Source: an uncultured delta proteobacterium
GTDB taxonomy: Bacteria; Desulfobacterota; Binatia; Bin18
NCBI GenBank assembly: GCA_963733195.1
Contig: CAVTCR010000009.1
Location: 64,001 to 128,000 of the forward strand
Direction: 5' to 3'
DNA length: 64,000 bases
Under the pieces are notes generated by a model. That model did no database searches, had not been told where the DNA came from, and was given only the letters and a program-made list of their open reading frames with translations. Below, one piece after another: positions 37,561 to 46,874 of the stretch (the first letter of the stretch is position 1; each line of letters starts with the position of its first letter). The translations under genes were made by a program, and so were the position numbers.

Positions 37561-40500
37561 ATGGCCCGAGTCTCTCGGACGGTAGTGATACTTTGCTTTT
37601 TAGGATTGCTTGTTGTTCACGTTGCTTCTGCTGATAATCAAAATGCACCGGCGTTTACCGCGCACGGCCATCACGGCCACCATGGCCATCACGGGATGTT
37701 CTTCGATCAAGGCCAGACACGGGAGTCTCGTGAGCAAAGTGCCTCTTCAACGTTCGAGCGCATTCAGAATGAAGTTTTTACCCAAAGTTGCGCCTTGCAA
37801 TCATGCCACGGCTCAAATGCCAAAGCTGGAGATTTAGTGCTTGAAGCTGGGGCGTCGTATAACGCGCTGGTGAACACCTCTCCAGCCAACCCCATTGCGA
37901 ATGGTGCTGGAAAAAAACGCATTCTTCCCGGAGATCTTGATCGTAGCTTTCTGTGGAACAAGATTAGTGCTCCGCTTGCGAGTGGTGAAGGGGCTTCGAT
38001 GCCTCTCGGGTCAAACGGATTCATCAACCTGAACCCCGAACTGACAGAAGTGATCCGCAAGTGGATTCTCGCTGGTGCTCCCAAAGAAGGAATTGTCGAG
38101 GGAACGGGTGGCAGCGGCGGTAGTTCGTCTCAGCAACAGCCACCGATTGAGCCGTTGGCTCCGCCTGCTGCGGGGCAAGGGTTCCAGGTGAAGATTCCTG
38201 CTTTTGGACTCAACAATCAGCCAGAGCGTGAAGGCTGCCTCTTTGTGCGGTTGCCGAATACGGAACCAATTTACATGTCTGGGTATGAAATCCACATGCG
38301 TCCCGGAAGCCACCATTTCATTGTCTACAGTTACAATGGTGAAGCCTGCGACAAAGACAGTGACAACGATGGGACACCCAACTGCCTGGACCAAGATTCC
38401 GGCGAGGCATTCCCCCCTGAGTTTATCGATGACATCGGCTGTAACGACAAAGGGCCGCGTGACAGTTTCCAGAAGTCGTTCATTGCCGGTGCACAGACGC
38501 CAACCTCAAAAGTCTTCTATCCACAAGGCATCGCTCTTAAACTAGAACCGCACCAAGGTCTGCTCCTTAATGCCCATTACATTAACTACTATCAGAACAC
38601 CCAAGGCGAAGTGCTGCTGAATATCAACACCGTGCCAGCCAGTGCCGTGCAGTATGAGGCGAAGATTATTTTCGATGTCATTGCCAATTCGTTTATTTCC
38701 GTTCCCCCACAAGCAGTGAAAGAATCACGCTGGGCGTGGTCACCGAGTAAACGCTCTGCAATTTTAGGTTTGACCTCGCATATGCATAAGCGCGGGACAC
38801 AGTTTACTATTGACCACTTTGGTGCTGATGGGGCCGACAAAAATCCGGCCAACGGACCAATGGATGACCAAGGAAAGCGGCATCTATATGTGAATAATGA
38901 CTACGCCGACCCGGCCAATCTGAATTTTGCCTCACCGCTCATTCTCGAACCTGGCGAACTGCTGTCCTACACGTGTCGACATGACAACGGTATGTCCCGT
39001 CCAATCAAGATGGGATGTGAAGAGACGGCTGGTGTTGCTCCTGGACGTCCGCTCGAAGCTGCTCGCCGCTGTCAGAGTGACACTGAGTGTACGGGTTTTG
39101 GTACTGGGCGCTGTGTGCCTGCAAACTTGGTGTTTGGCTATACCTCAGACGACGAGATGTGCATCATGCCTGGAGTCTACTACGAGTTAGAAGCCAATAC
39201 TGGTGGTGGTGGATCGTCTTCTTTTGCGATGACCCAGGTGACACGCAGCACTGATAACCCAGCAAGTGCGCTCGCGGAAGAAAGTTTTACGACCTCGCTC
39301 AGTGGAGATGGAACTCGCTTGGCGTTTACTTCTAGCGCCGATCTCGTGGGACAGAATGCCGATGGATCGCTAGAGGTGTTTACTGCTGACCTTGCGACCG
39401 CACCACCGACTGTACGCCAATTGACGTCGGCAAGCGGGGGAACGCTTGCAAGTGCTTTCCCTGCCCTCAGCAATGATGGAACAACGGTTGCGTTTACCTC
39501 AAACGTGGACCTGTTGAAGAACGGGACGAACGGAGATGGCAATGTGGAAATCTTCGTTGCCGATTTCGACGGGGGGAATCTGCGCCAACTGACAAATACA
39601 TCAACTGGCGCCAATGGTCCGTTCTTGAGCAGTACGGGTGAGTTGCTGAACCTGTTAGGGCTCGCGATTAATGGCAATGGCAGTGTCGTTGCGTTTACCT
39701 CTACAGCGCCGTTAGGTGGACGGAGTAGCACCTCACAAGAGGTTTTTATTCTTGGTACGAACGGGAGTGGGCTCCGTCAACTCACGAGTGGGACGGTTGG
39801 CAACAGCACAAACCCCAATTTAGCGATTAACGGAGTAACGATCACTGAAGATGGCTCTCGGATCGCGTTCTCCTCGACCGGCGACTACTTGAGCAGCAAT
39901 AGTTTCCAGATTCCTCAGATATTCACCATTGCCAGCGACGGCTCTGGGTTACGGCAACTGACCGTTTTCAGTCAGGGCTCCTGTGAAGAAAGTGGTGGGA
40001 CCGTGTGTGTCGGCACCTTTGTTACCCCGACCTTTAGTGACGATGGCAGTCGTATTGGTTTCTTGCGATTACTGGTGAACCTCGACAACCTCACTTCGCC
40101 GAAGTTGCTCAATACCGAGCCGTTTATTATGAATGCAGACGGAACTGGGCGACAGCAGCTTTTCGATGCGCCTTCTGCGCAGGTGAACTGTTCTCCAGTC
40201 GCGTTAAGTCGGAACGGAAGCCAAACTTCCTTCATCTGTACCGACGACGCTGTGCAGCAAGGAAAACTGTACGTGAATAGCTCCGGAGGCGGGTCACTAC
40301 AAACGGTGATTGGCCCCTTCCCGAACTCCGGTTTAACTGCACCGCCGGCGCTCAGTGATGCCGGTAGCACGATTGCATTTCCCGCTAAAGCCAATCCCAG
40401 CGGACAGAATGGTGATGGGAATGCTGAGGTTTTTGTTGCTGCTCAGAGTGGAGGTGGAACGGCATCTGCGCTAGAGAACCCTCGTGCAGGTTCAACTCAG

Positions 40501-41322
40501 AGCGGTATCGGCATTATTAGTGGCTGGGCGTGTCGCGCCAATCGCATTGATATTGTGATCGACGATACGCACCAGCTGCAAGCAGTGTATGGAACAGGTC
40601 GAGAAGACACGCGCTCAATGTGTAACGATACCGATAATGGATTTTCACTCTTGGTGAACTGGAACCTCTTACCCAGTGGAACTCACACTGCTCGCGTGTT
40701 AGCCGACGGAGTAGAAATTGCACGAACGACTTTTAACGTGAGTTCCTTAGGGTCGGAGTTCCTCAAAGGTCTTAGTGGGGAATGTACCGTACCGAACTTC
40801 CCACAGTCAGGAACCACTACTCCAGTACATTGGGATGAAAGTCTACAAAACTTTGTCCTTGGCCCGAATCAGAACAGTGGTGGAAACACTGGAGTCGATG
40901 GCAACGCTACTGCGAAACTCGAAAATCCTGCTAGTGGGTCGACGCAAAGTGGCATCAGCGTGGTGAGTGGGTGGGCGTGTCAAGCTGGGAAAGTGGAACT
41001 TGTCATTGATGGTACGATTCGCTTACCCGCCGACTACGGTTCAGACCGTGAAGATACACGTCAGATCTGTAATGATACGAACAATGGCTTTGCCCTCTTG
41101 GTAAACTGGAACCTCCTTCCGAAGGGGCCGCACACGCTAGCGGTTGTTATTGATGGAACCGAAGTTGCCAACGTCCCGTTTACCGTGACAAATCTTGGTT
41201 CGGAATTTCTGACTGGTGTGAGCGGCGAATGTTCAGTGTCAAACTTCCCGCAGTCGGGGAAGACAACGAAAGTCCGTTGGGATGAAGGCTTGCAGCGTTT
41301 CGGAATTGTTGAGGTGGAGTGA
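37561..41322 (+). CDS. Secreted multidomain protein: His-rich tag, c-type cytochrome, copper type II (PHM/DBM-like) monooxygenase, TolB-like propeller, two C-terminal repeats
   Basis: Sec signal ending ASA; HGHHGHHGHHG; CALQSCH...MP...WILAGAP; SHHF, AHY, SHMH and DEMC; PD40-like repeats; two LENP..SGI..SGWAC repeats. Confidence 0.85.
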   Translation: MARVSRTVVILCFLGLLVVHVASADNQNAPAFTAHGHHGHHGHHGMFFDQGQTRESREQSASSTFERIQNEVFTQSCALQSCHGSNAKAGDLVLEAGASYNALVNTSPANPIANGAGKKRILPGDLDRSFLWNKISAPLASGEGASMPLGSNGFINLNPELTEVIRKWILAGAPKEGIVEGTGGSGGSSSQQQPPIEPLAPPAAGQGFQVKIPAFGLNNQPEREGCLFVRLPNTEPIYMSGYEIHMRPGSHHFIVYSYNGEACDKDSDNDGTPNCLDQDSGEAFPPEFIDDIGCNDKGPRDSFQKSFIAGAQTPTSKVFYPQGIALKLEPHQGLLLNAHYINYYQNTQGEVLLNINTVPASAVQYEAKIIFDVIANSFISVPPQAVKESRWAWSPSKRSAILGLTSHMHKRGTQFTIDHFGADGADKNPANGPMDDQGKRHLYVNNDYADPANLNFASPLILEPGELLSYTCRHDNGMSRPIKMGCEETAGVAPGRPLEAARRCQSDTECTGFGTGRCVPANLVFGYTSDDEMCIMPGVYYELEANTGGGGSSSFAMTQVTRSTDNPASALAEESFTTSLSGDGTRLAFTSSADLVGQNADGSLEVFTADLATAPPTVRQLTSASGGTLASAFPALSNDGTTVAFTSNVDLLKNGTNGDGNVEIFVADFDGGNLRQLTNTSTGANGPFLSSTGELLNLLGLAINGNGSVVAFTSTAPLGGRSSTSQEVFILGTNGSGLRQLTSGTVGNSTNPNLAINGVTITEDGSRIAFSSTGDYLSSNSFQIPQIFTIASDGSGLRQLTVFSQGSCEESGGTVCVGTFVTPTFSDDGSRIGFLRLLVNLDNLTSPKLLNTEPFIMNADGTGRQQLFDAPSAQVNCSPVALSRNGSQTSFICTDDAVQQGKLYVNSSGGGSLQTVIGPFPNSGLTAPPALSDAGSTIAFPAKANPSGQNGDGNAEVFVAAQSGGGTASALENPRAGSTQSGIGIISGWACRANRIDIVIDDTHQLQAVYGTGREDTRSMCNDTDNGFSLLVNWNLLPSGTHTARVLADGVEIARTTFNVSSLGSEFLKGLSGECTVPNFPQSGTTTPVHWDESLQNFVLGPNQNSGGNTGVDGNATAKLENPASGSTQSGISVVSGWACQAGKVELVIDGTIRLPADYGSDREDTRQICNDTNNGFALLVNWNLLPKGPHTLAVVIDGTEVANVPFTVTNLGSEFLTGVSGECSVSNFPQSGKTTKVRWDEGLQRFGIVEVE

Positions 41323-41364
41323 GTTCTGTCAAAAGATCGGGGCGTACGGATACGCTCCGATAAA

Positions 41365-41790
41365 CTACCCCTCTTCGCCGTGAACGCGGTTCACCGTTCC
41401 ATCCGCAAACTCAAAATAGATCGCGACTCGTTCTTCAGGTGCTAGGGCGGGGAGGCGTAGCTGTGCAGGTTGTGCTTCATAATAGAGCTGCTCTGCTTGC
41501 TGACACAACGACAATAAGATGGTGACGCGTGCGCGGTACGTGTAATCTGAAGCACCAAGCTGCCGCAATCGAAAGAGTTCATCGTCTTCTTGGCGAATCA
41601 GTTGCCAGAGATGCGGTGCATGTTCAGCCAGCCAAGCATCAATCTCAGAGAAGTGTTCGGACAGCAGGATTGTTGCTGTCTCGTAACGCTGTTGGAGGGA
41701 TAGTGCTGAGGAAGTAGCACGCCTCGCCGTTGACGTGGATCGCGTTCCCCTTTTGGGAAGGGCGTTTGCCTGTGTTTGTGATAATGCCAT
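41365..41790 (-). CDS. Hypothetical protein (141 aa)
   Basis: GAAAGG RBS, intact helical ORF, no recognised motif. Confidence 0.6.
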   Translation of the reverse strand: MALSQTQANALPKRGTRSTSTARRATSSALSLQQRYETATILLSEHFSEIDAWLAEHAPHLWQLIRQEDDELFRLRQLGASDYTYRARVTILLSLCQQAEQLYYEAQPAQLRLPALAPEERVAIYFEFADGTVNRVHGEEG

Positions 41791-41967
41791 GCGACAACCT
41801 TTCTCTCGGTAGATCGGTCACCGTCGCCCGGCCTTAATTTTCAACCTCCGCTGTTCCTGATTCCTCCTCCTTCTCCTCAGATCAAGGCTCCGGAACGCCT
41901 TATTTTTGACTACTCTGAGAGGAGATGCAATACCAAAAAGCGAAAAAAAAGCGAAAAAGTTAAAAGT

Positions 41968-42999
41968 TCACAATTGAGGGTGTACGTCAAATTGGCTGAG
42001 GGAGTTTGGTCCGAGCAATTGTTCACCGACTTTGCGGCCCGGTCCCCCGCGATCAATCATCGCTTGCGCGTCTCGACGCAAATGCGCCCAACACAGCTGG
42101 CGTTGGCGGAGCGGAGAACAGTCATACGCTTTGGCCCGATCACTCCCAATTATTCCGGCGTAGTCCTTTCCTAACAACTCGTGGAGGACTTTTGCTCCAC
42201 GCGAGCGCCGAATCGCATACACACTGGCCTGCGGTGTTACCACGGTCCATAAGTGCACCCGGCGATTCTGCTCCCGCCATCGCGTTTCATCTACATTCGT
42301 ATCGCTCCACCGCACACAATCTCGGACATCGTCGACGGGGTCGCTCACCGCACGCCTCACCACCTGTTCTAACCCACAGACTTCGCCAAGCGAGAGCGGA
42401 ATGCCCCACACTTCACGGCTGAAGTGCGCAATCATACGCTTGCTCATCCGGTACGCCCCACTACATAAGGCCACAATACTGGTGAAGCATGGCCCATAGC
42501 CCGTCGTGGGAACGCCTTGCGGTAATTCTCCACACGTCGTGATCCCACAGTGATCGCAGGACAACCGGTGTTGTTGATACTCCGTCACGTGCGGCAGCGG
42601 CGGCGGCAATTCCACTACTTGATGCCGATGGGGTTGCGGATCGCTCCCGTGCAACCCTTGGCCACACCGCCGACAGTGGGTCGGGGTACAGACAATCACT
42701 TCATTGACCTGCTCCACGGGCACTAACGTGCGGTGATGCGCGGGATGGCCTGGTTGTCCGCCTCGTTTACGGCCTGAGGAGGGACACGGTGGCTTGCGCT
42801 TCACGTGCGGCCCATCACTCAAGGGTGGTTTGGAGGAGTTCTGGGAATTCTGGTTGCGCTGTGCTTTCAACTCGGCCACTTCGGCTTCAAGTTTGGTAAT
42901 CCGCGCTTCCTGACGATCGAACACCTCCCACAACACCGCTTGCACATGCAGTGGAATCTGCTCCCATAACTCGACCGGTATTGGCGGCGTGCGTTCCAT
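41968..42999 (-). mobile_element. IS66-family transposase (single-ORF type), 3'-truncated
   Basis: NSQNSSKPP, GGQPGH, CxxC zinc finger, VDET, GSDR and QLCWAHLRR motifs; the C-terminal TNN..ER region is missing. Confidence 0.9.
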
Positions 43000-43069
43000 C
43001 TGCGCGCTCTCTTACCCTAAACAACTTCTGTTTCTTTTTGCTCCTAGTAGTAAACACTTGTCCCTATCC

Positions 43070-44380
43070 CTATTTGCCCTTGCGCAAAATCTCCATCAAC
43101 TCGAACCGTTGCGCTGCGAGTGGAGCGTTGTAGGTCATCGAGTCACCTACCGTGAAGAGTGTCGCGCGATCTTTTACATAGTTGATCCATGATGAACCGA
43201 CAAAGACGGGCAGCGGAAGGCCGTTACTCCCTGGGTGAGCCGTTGGGTGCGTATGCGCCGTGAGTACAAGCCGGACGAAAGCTCCCTCTGTATTATATGT
43301 GAGAATCATCAGCGGAGTATAAGTTTGCTGATCAAGCACGAACACACGCTTGCCGAATGGATGGGACCGACGTGGAGTGCATTCGAGCAGGAGCACATGC
43401 CGAAGCTCCCATGGCACCTGTAGATACCAATTGTTCTTGCCGCCAAAGTTGAGTTCTGTGGTCTTGAGAAACCCAGGAACGAGTAGAAGACGGGAACCAC
43501 CATATGCCCAGGTATACTCATGGAGATACCCTTGGAAGAAAAACGGCGGTTGCTCTTCTTGCAGCATTTCATAGTAGCCACCAATGGGAGTGACGAAATT
43601 CACATGATCCTTACGAGTGCGGCGATTGTGTGGGGAATAACGCCACTGCTCGGTCGCACGCTGATCATTCGCGTAGAACGTACGTAGGTTCATGACTCCC
43701 TCTTGGTCGGACGGGGCGAGCAGTTCGAAGGAGTTCTTCAAATAGATGCCTTGCGCCTGCCACTGTGGGTCATTGTCGGTCGGATTTGGACGATACATGC
43801 CGAAACGAATACGCATATGCCCACGGTTGCTGTGCTCGACTCCGCCTGAGGCGTTGACCTGGCGCGGATTGGCACGGAGTTCGAATGTTTCCCCCATATC
43901 GCGATGGCGCAGGTTCCAGGCCAATTTTTCTCCGGCTTGTGGATCTGCGGAATCAAGGAGAGGGAATGGCGTACCAGCGAGATAATTGACCGGAGGACCC
44001 CCACCATCCAGCGAGACGGTATGGGAGTGCTGGATCGTAGCATCAAGATAAGCTTGGCGAGGTGGGAGGTCAGTGGTTTCCTGAATAGCAACTTCGAGGG
44101 CTCCGGATTCAATCAGTTGTAGAATCTCTGGCGGTAGCATTTCCTTGGCAGAGTGGACATTGTTGCGAGAGAGGATGACCCCAGGTTCAAGACCAGGAAT
44201 ACGTGGCGTACCTTGGCTATAGGGACGAAAATGCGTCAGAATAGCAGACTCATCCGCCCACAATGACCGACATTGCAGCATGCTAAGAACCAAAGATGCC
44301 ACGGTGGTATACAGCAGGAATATGACAGCGGAAGAACCGCCGCTATTTCTGTCACGAGCGAGGTTACGCTGCCGTTTCAC
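43070..44380 (-). CDS. DUF1329 domain protein (exported, LolA-like fold)
   Basis: AAGGAGG RBS and GTG start; GTPFP..D..DPQAGEKLAWN, WRYSP..RRTR, WELR and HPFGKR motifs. Confidence 0.82.
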   Translation of the reverse strand: MKRQRNLARDRNSGGSSAVIFLLYTTVASLVLSMLQCRSLWADESAILTHFRPYSQGTPRIPGLEPGVILSRNNVHSAKEMLPPEILQLIESGALEVAIQETTDLPPRQAYLDATIQHSHTVSLDGGGPPVNYLAGTPFPLLDSADPQAGEKLAWNLRHRDMGETFELRANPRQVNASGGVEHSNRGHMRIRFGMYRPNPTDNDPQWQAQGIYLKNSFELLAPSDQEGVMNLRTFYANDQRATEQWRYSPHNRRTRKDHVNFVTPIGGYYEMLQEEQPPFFFQGYLHEYTWAYGGSRLLLVPGFLKTTELNFGGKNNWYLQVPWELRHVLLLECTPRRSHPFGKRVFVLDQQTYTPLMILTYNTEGAFVRLVLTAHTHPTAHPGSNGLPLPVFVGSSWINYVKDRATLFTVGDSMTYNAPLAAQRFELMEILRKGK

Positions 44381-44493
44381 AGACCCCTCCTTTGACGATG
44401 ATCGAGTCAGAATGTTATCAAGGAACATACTATGGGCATGGATGATGGGACAATCAAGCTGGATAGAGAGAAAGGACAACCGCGAGTAAGCGT

Positions 44494-45003
44494 ATGAAGA
44501 TACTGACGAGCCTGATACTGACAGCCGGGTTGTCTGCCATCGGGACGGTGGCAGGAGCGGAGATGTTCACCGATGAGGTTACCAATGCGCTGAAGACCGA
44601 GAGTTACATTTATGTGGCGACGCGACGCCTGAATGGCCAATGGAGTACCGCCGCGCCAGTGTGGTTCATGTACGATGGTGAAGAACTCTATTTCACAACC
44701 GCGCCGAGCAGTCACAAAGCCCACCGCATCCATCGTGGGAGCCCAGTCAAGATTTGGGTGGGAACGAAAGATGGCCCATCATTTGAAGGAAAAGCCCAGT
44801 TTGTGAAAGGTGGCGTATTAGCGGAACGCATGGGAAAAGCGTACAGCGACAAATACTGGGTCGCCTGGCTGGGATTTTTCAAACCCCGACCCGCACGAGT
44901 TGGATCGGGGAAGACCCTTATTGTGAAGGTCACGCCAAAGGTGCAACCCTCTACGCAAGAGGCAACCAAAGAGGTCACCCCAACAGACACGAGTCAAAAG
45001 TGA
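44494..45003 (+). CDS. Pyridoxamine 5'-phosphate oxidase-like split-barrel protein with N-terminal signal peptide
   Basis: YVATRRLNG...PVWF...K..RI and Y..KY motifs; signal peptide ending AGA. Confidence 0.8.
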   Translation: MKILTSLILTAGLSAIGTVAGAEMFTDEVTNALKTESYIYVATRRLNGQWSTAAPVWFMYDGEELYFTTAPSSHKAHRIHRGSPVKIWVGTKDGPSFEGKAQFVKGGVLAERMGKAYSDKYWVAWLGFFKPRPARVGSGKTLIVKVTPKVQPSTQEATKEVTPTDTSQK

Positions 45004-45038
45004 GGGCACGTGTCAACATGCCCTTCTCTGCTTAATGA

Positions 45039-45827
45039 CTATTTGTTAGTAAATTTTCCTGTCCGCTTTTCGAGAAATGCGGTGATCCCTTCCTTTCCAT
45101 CGGCGGTGCGGGCTCGTGCCGCGATGACTTGCGATTCCAGTTCCATCTGTGTCTCCAGCGTTTCGCTAAAACCACTATGGAGCAGTCGTTTCGCCCCACC
45201 AAATGCGCCGGTCGCTCCGGCGGCGAGTTGCGCAGCGAGGGTGTCGGCCTCTGCTTGCAGATTGGCATCAGGCACGACCTTGGTAACAATGCCCCACTCC
45301 AGAGCCTCCTGGGCGGACAGTACACGATTGGTGAGTGTCAGTTCTAACGCACGTTTGAGGCCAACGATGCGCGGTAGGAAGTACGTGGAAGACCCGTCCG
45401 GAGTCAGGCCCACGCGCGTATAGGCCATGGTAAATTTTGCTGATTCGGCGGCAAGCACGAGATCGCAGAAGCAGCACAAACTCATCCCCGCTCCTCCCGC
45501 AGTGCCGTTGACCGCGGCAATGAGCGGAGCATCCATGCGCGTGAAACGGGATACGGCAGCATGCAGATAGGTCGTCACTTCTTTGAGGTGGTACGCTATG
45601 TTCTCATCCTGAGCGGCAAAACTTTTCAAGTCACCGCCGCCGGAGAATAAACGCCCGGCGCCGGTCAGAATGACGGCACGAATTTCGGGGTCTTCACTGC
45701 ACCTGAGTGCAGCGTGCATGAGATCTTTGCCCATCTCCGCATTGAGTGCATTGGCTGCCTCTGGACGATTCATGGTAATCCGAGCAACGTTGTTCTTTAC
45801 CTCGAATAAAATGGTGGAATATTGCAT
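45039..45827 (-). CDS. Enoyl-CoA hydratase/isomerase (PaaG-like)
   Basis: FSGGGDLK, AAVNGTAGGAG, GLTPDGSST and EGITAFLEKR motifs. Confidence 0.94.
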   Translation of the reverse strand: MQYSTILFEVKNNVARITMNRPEAANALNAEMGKDLMHAALRCSEDPEIRAVILTGAGRLFSGGGDLKSFAAQDENIAYHLKEVTTYLHAAVSRFTRMDAPLIAAVNGTAGGAGMSLCCFCDLVLAAESAKFTMAYTRVGLTPDGSSTYFLPRIVGLKRALELTLTNRVLSAQEALEWGIVTKVVPDANLQAEADTLAAQLAAGATGAFGGAKRLLHSGFSETLETQMELESQVIAARARTADGKEGITAFLEKRTGKFTNK

Positions 45828-45937
45828 ATAGCTCCTCCGTATCGATGTTGAGTAGAAACACCTATGGAAATTACAGAAGACGTAATACGTAAAACGTAAA
45901 AGGAGAGGAGAGGGGGTTACGTATTACGTCTTACGCT

Positions 45938-46813
45938 TTACGTCTTCAGAAACTTCGCCACTGCCTGTCCAATCTCAGCCGGTGAATCTTCTTGAATAAA
46001 GTGCAACCCTTTCACCGTCACTTCTTGTTGGTTCGGCCAGGTGCGACAGAAATCCCGCGCTTTTCCCGCGAGAATCATTCCTGGGTCAGCATTGATAAAG
46101 AGTTTAGGGATGTTGCTGGCAGAAAGCCATTGGCCATAGCGATCGACGATTTCAACGACGTCGGCTGGCTCGCCTGCCAGTGGAATCTGCCGTGGCCAGG
46201 TCAACATCGGGCGTCGAACCTCGCCAGCTTCCAGATACGGGCGGCGATAGACTGCCATCTCTTCTTCGGTTAGACCACGTTGCACGCTGGCAGGCAGAAT
46301 ACGTTCGATAAAAATGTTCTTCTGTAACACGACTTCTTCACCGGCCGGCGAACGCATGAGTTGAAAAATTTTCGTTGCTGACTCTGGCCAGTCGCCCCAC
46401 CCCAACGACTGCACAATCGCCTCCATATACACAAGCCCTTTGACTCGGTCAGGATGACGCTGGGCCCAATGAAATCCCAACGCTGATCCCCAATCATGAA
46501 TAACAAGCGTGACATTCTTGGTGAGGCTCATCGTGTCGAACCATGCATCGAGATACCGTGCATGGTCGACGAAACGATACGAACCGTCAGGTGCTTTGCC
46601 GGAATCGCCCATACCGATGAGGTCTGGTGCGAGACAGCGACCGAAGCGTTCGACATGTGGGATGATATTCCGCCATAGGTACGACGAGGTCGGATTGCCG
46701 TGCAGGAACACAATTGGATCACCGACGCCGACATCGACATAGGCCATGTCTGAGTCGAGAACTTTAACGCGATGGCGGGTGTAAGGGTCGTGTGGGGAAG
46801 TCGTTCGGCTCAT
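45938..46813 (-). CDS. Haloalkane dehalogenase (DhaA/LinB subfamily)
   Basis: HGNPTSSYLWRN, HDWGS, YMEA, WPRQIP and GLHFIQEDSP motifs. Confidence 0.93.
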   Translation of the reverse strand: MSRTTSPHDPYTRHRVKVLDSDMAYVDVGVGDPIVFLHGNPTSSYLWRNIIPHVERFGRCLAPDLIGMGDSGKAPDGSYRFVDHARYLDAWFDTMSLTKNVTLVIHDWGSALGFHWAQRHPDRVKGLVYMEAIVQSLGWGDWPESATKIFQLMRSPAGEEVVLQKNIFIERILPASVQRGLTEEEMAVYRRPYLEAGEVRRPMLTWPRQIPLAGEPADVVEIVDRYGQWLSASNIPKLFINADPGMILAGKARDFCRTWPNQQEVTVKGLHFIQEDSPAEIGQAVAKFLKT

Positions 46814-46874
46814 AATTCCCTCCGAGACGAGTGCAAAATGCAAGTCTACAGCGACACGTATTACGCATCACGCA

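Noticed and set aside
37561-41322. Particulate methane/ammonia monooxygenase (CuMMO) subunit
   Set aside because: No transmembrane helices and no pmoCAB-like operon; the ligand pattern is PHM/DBM type.
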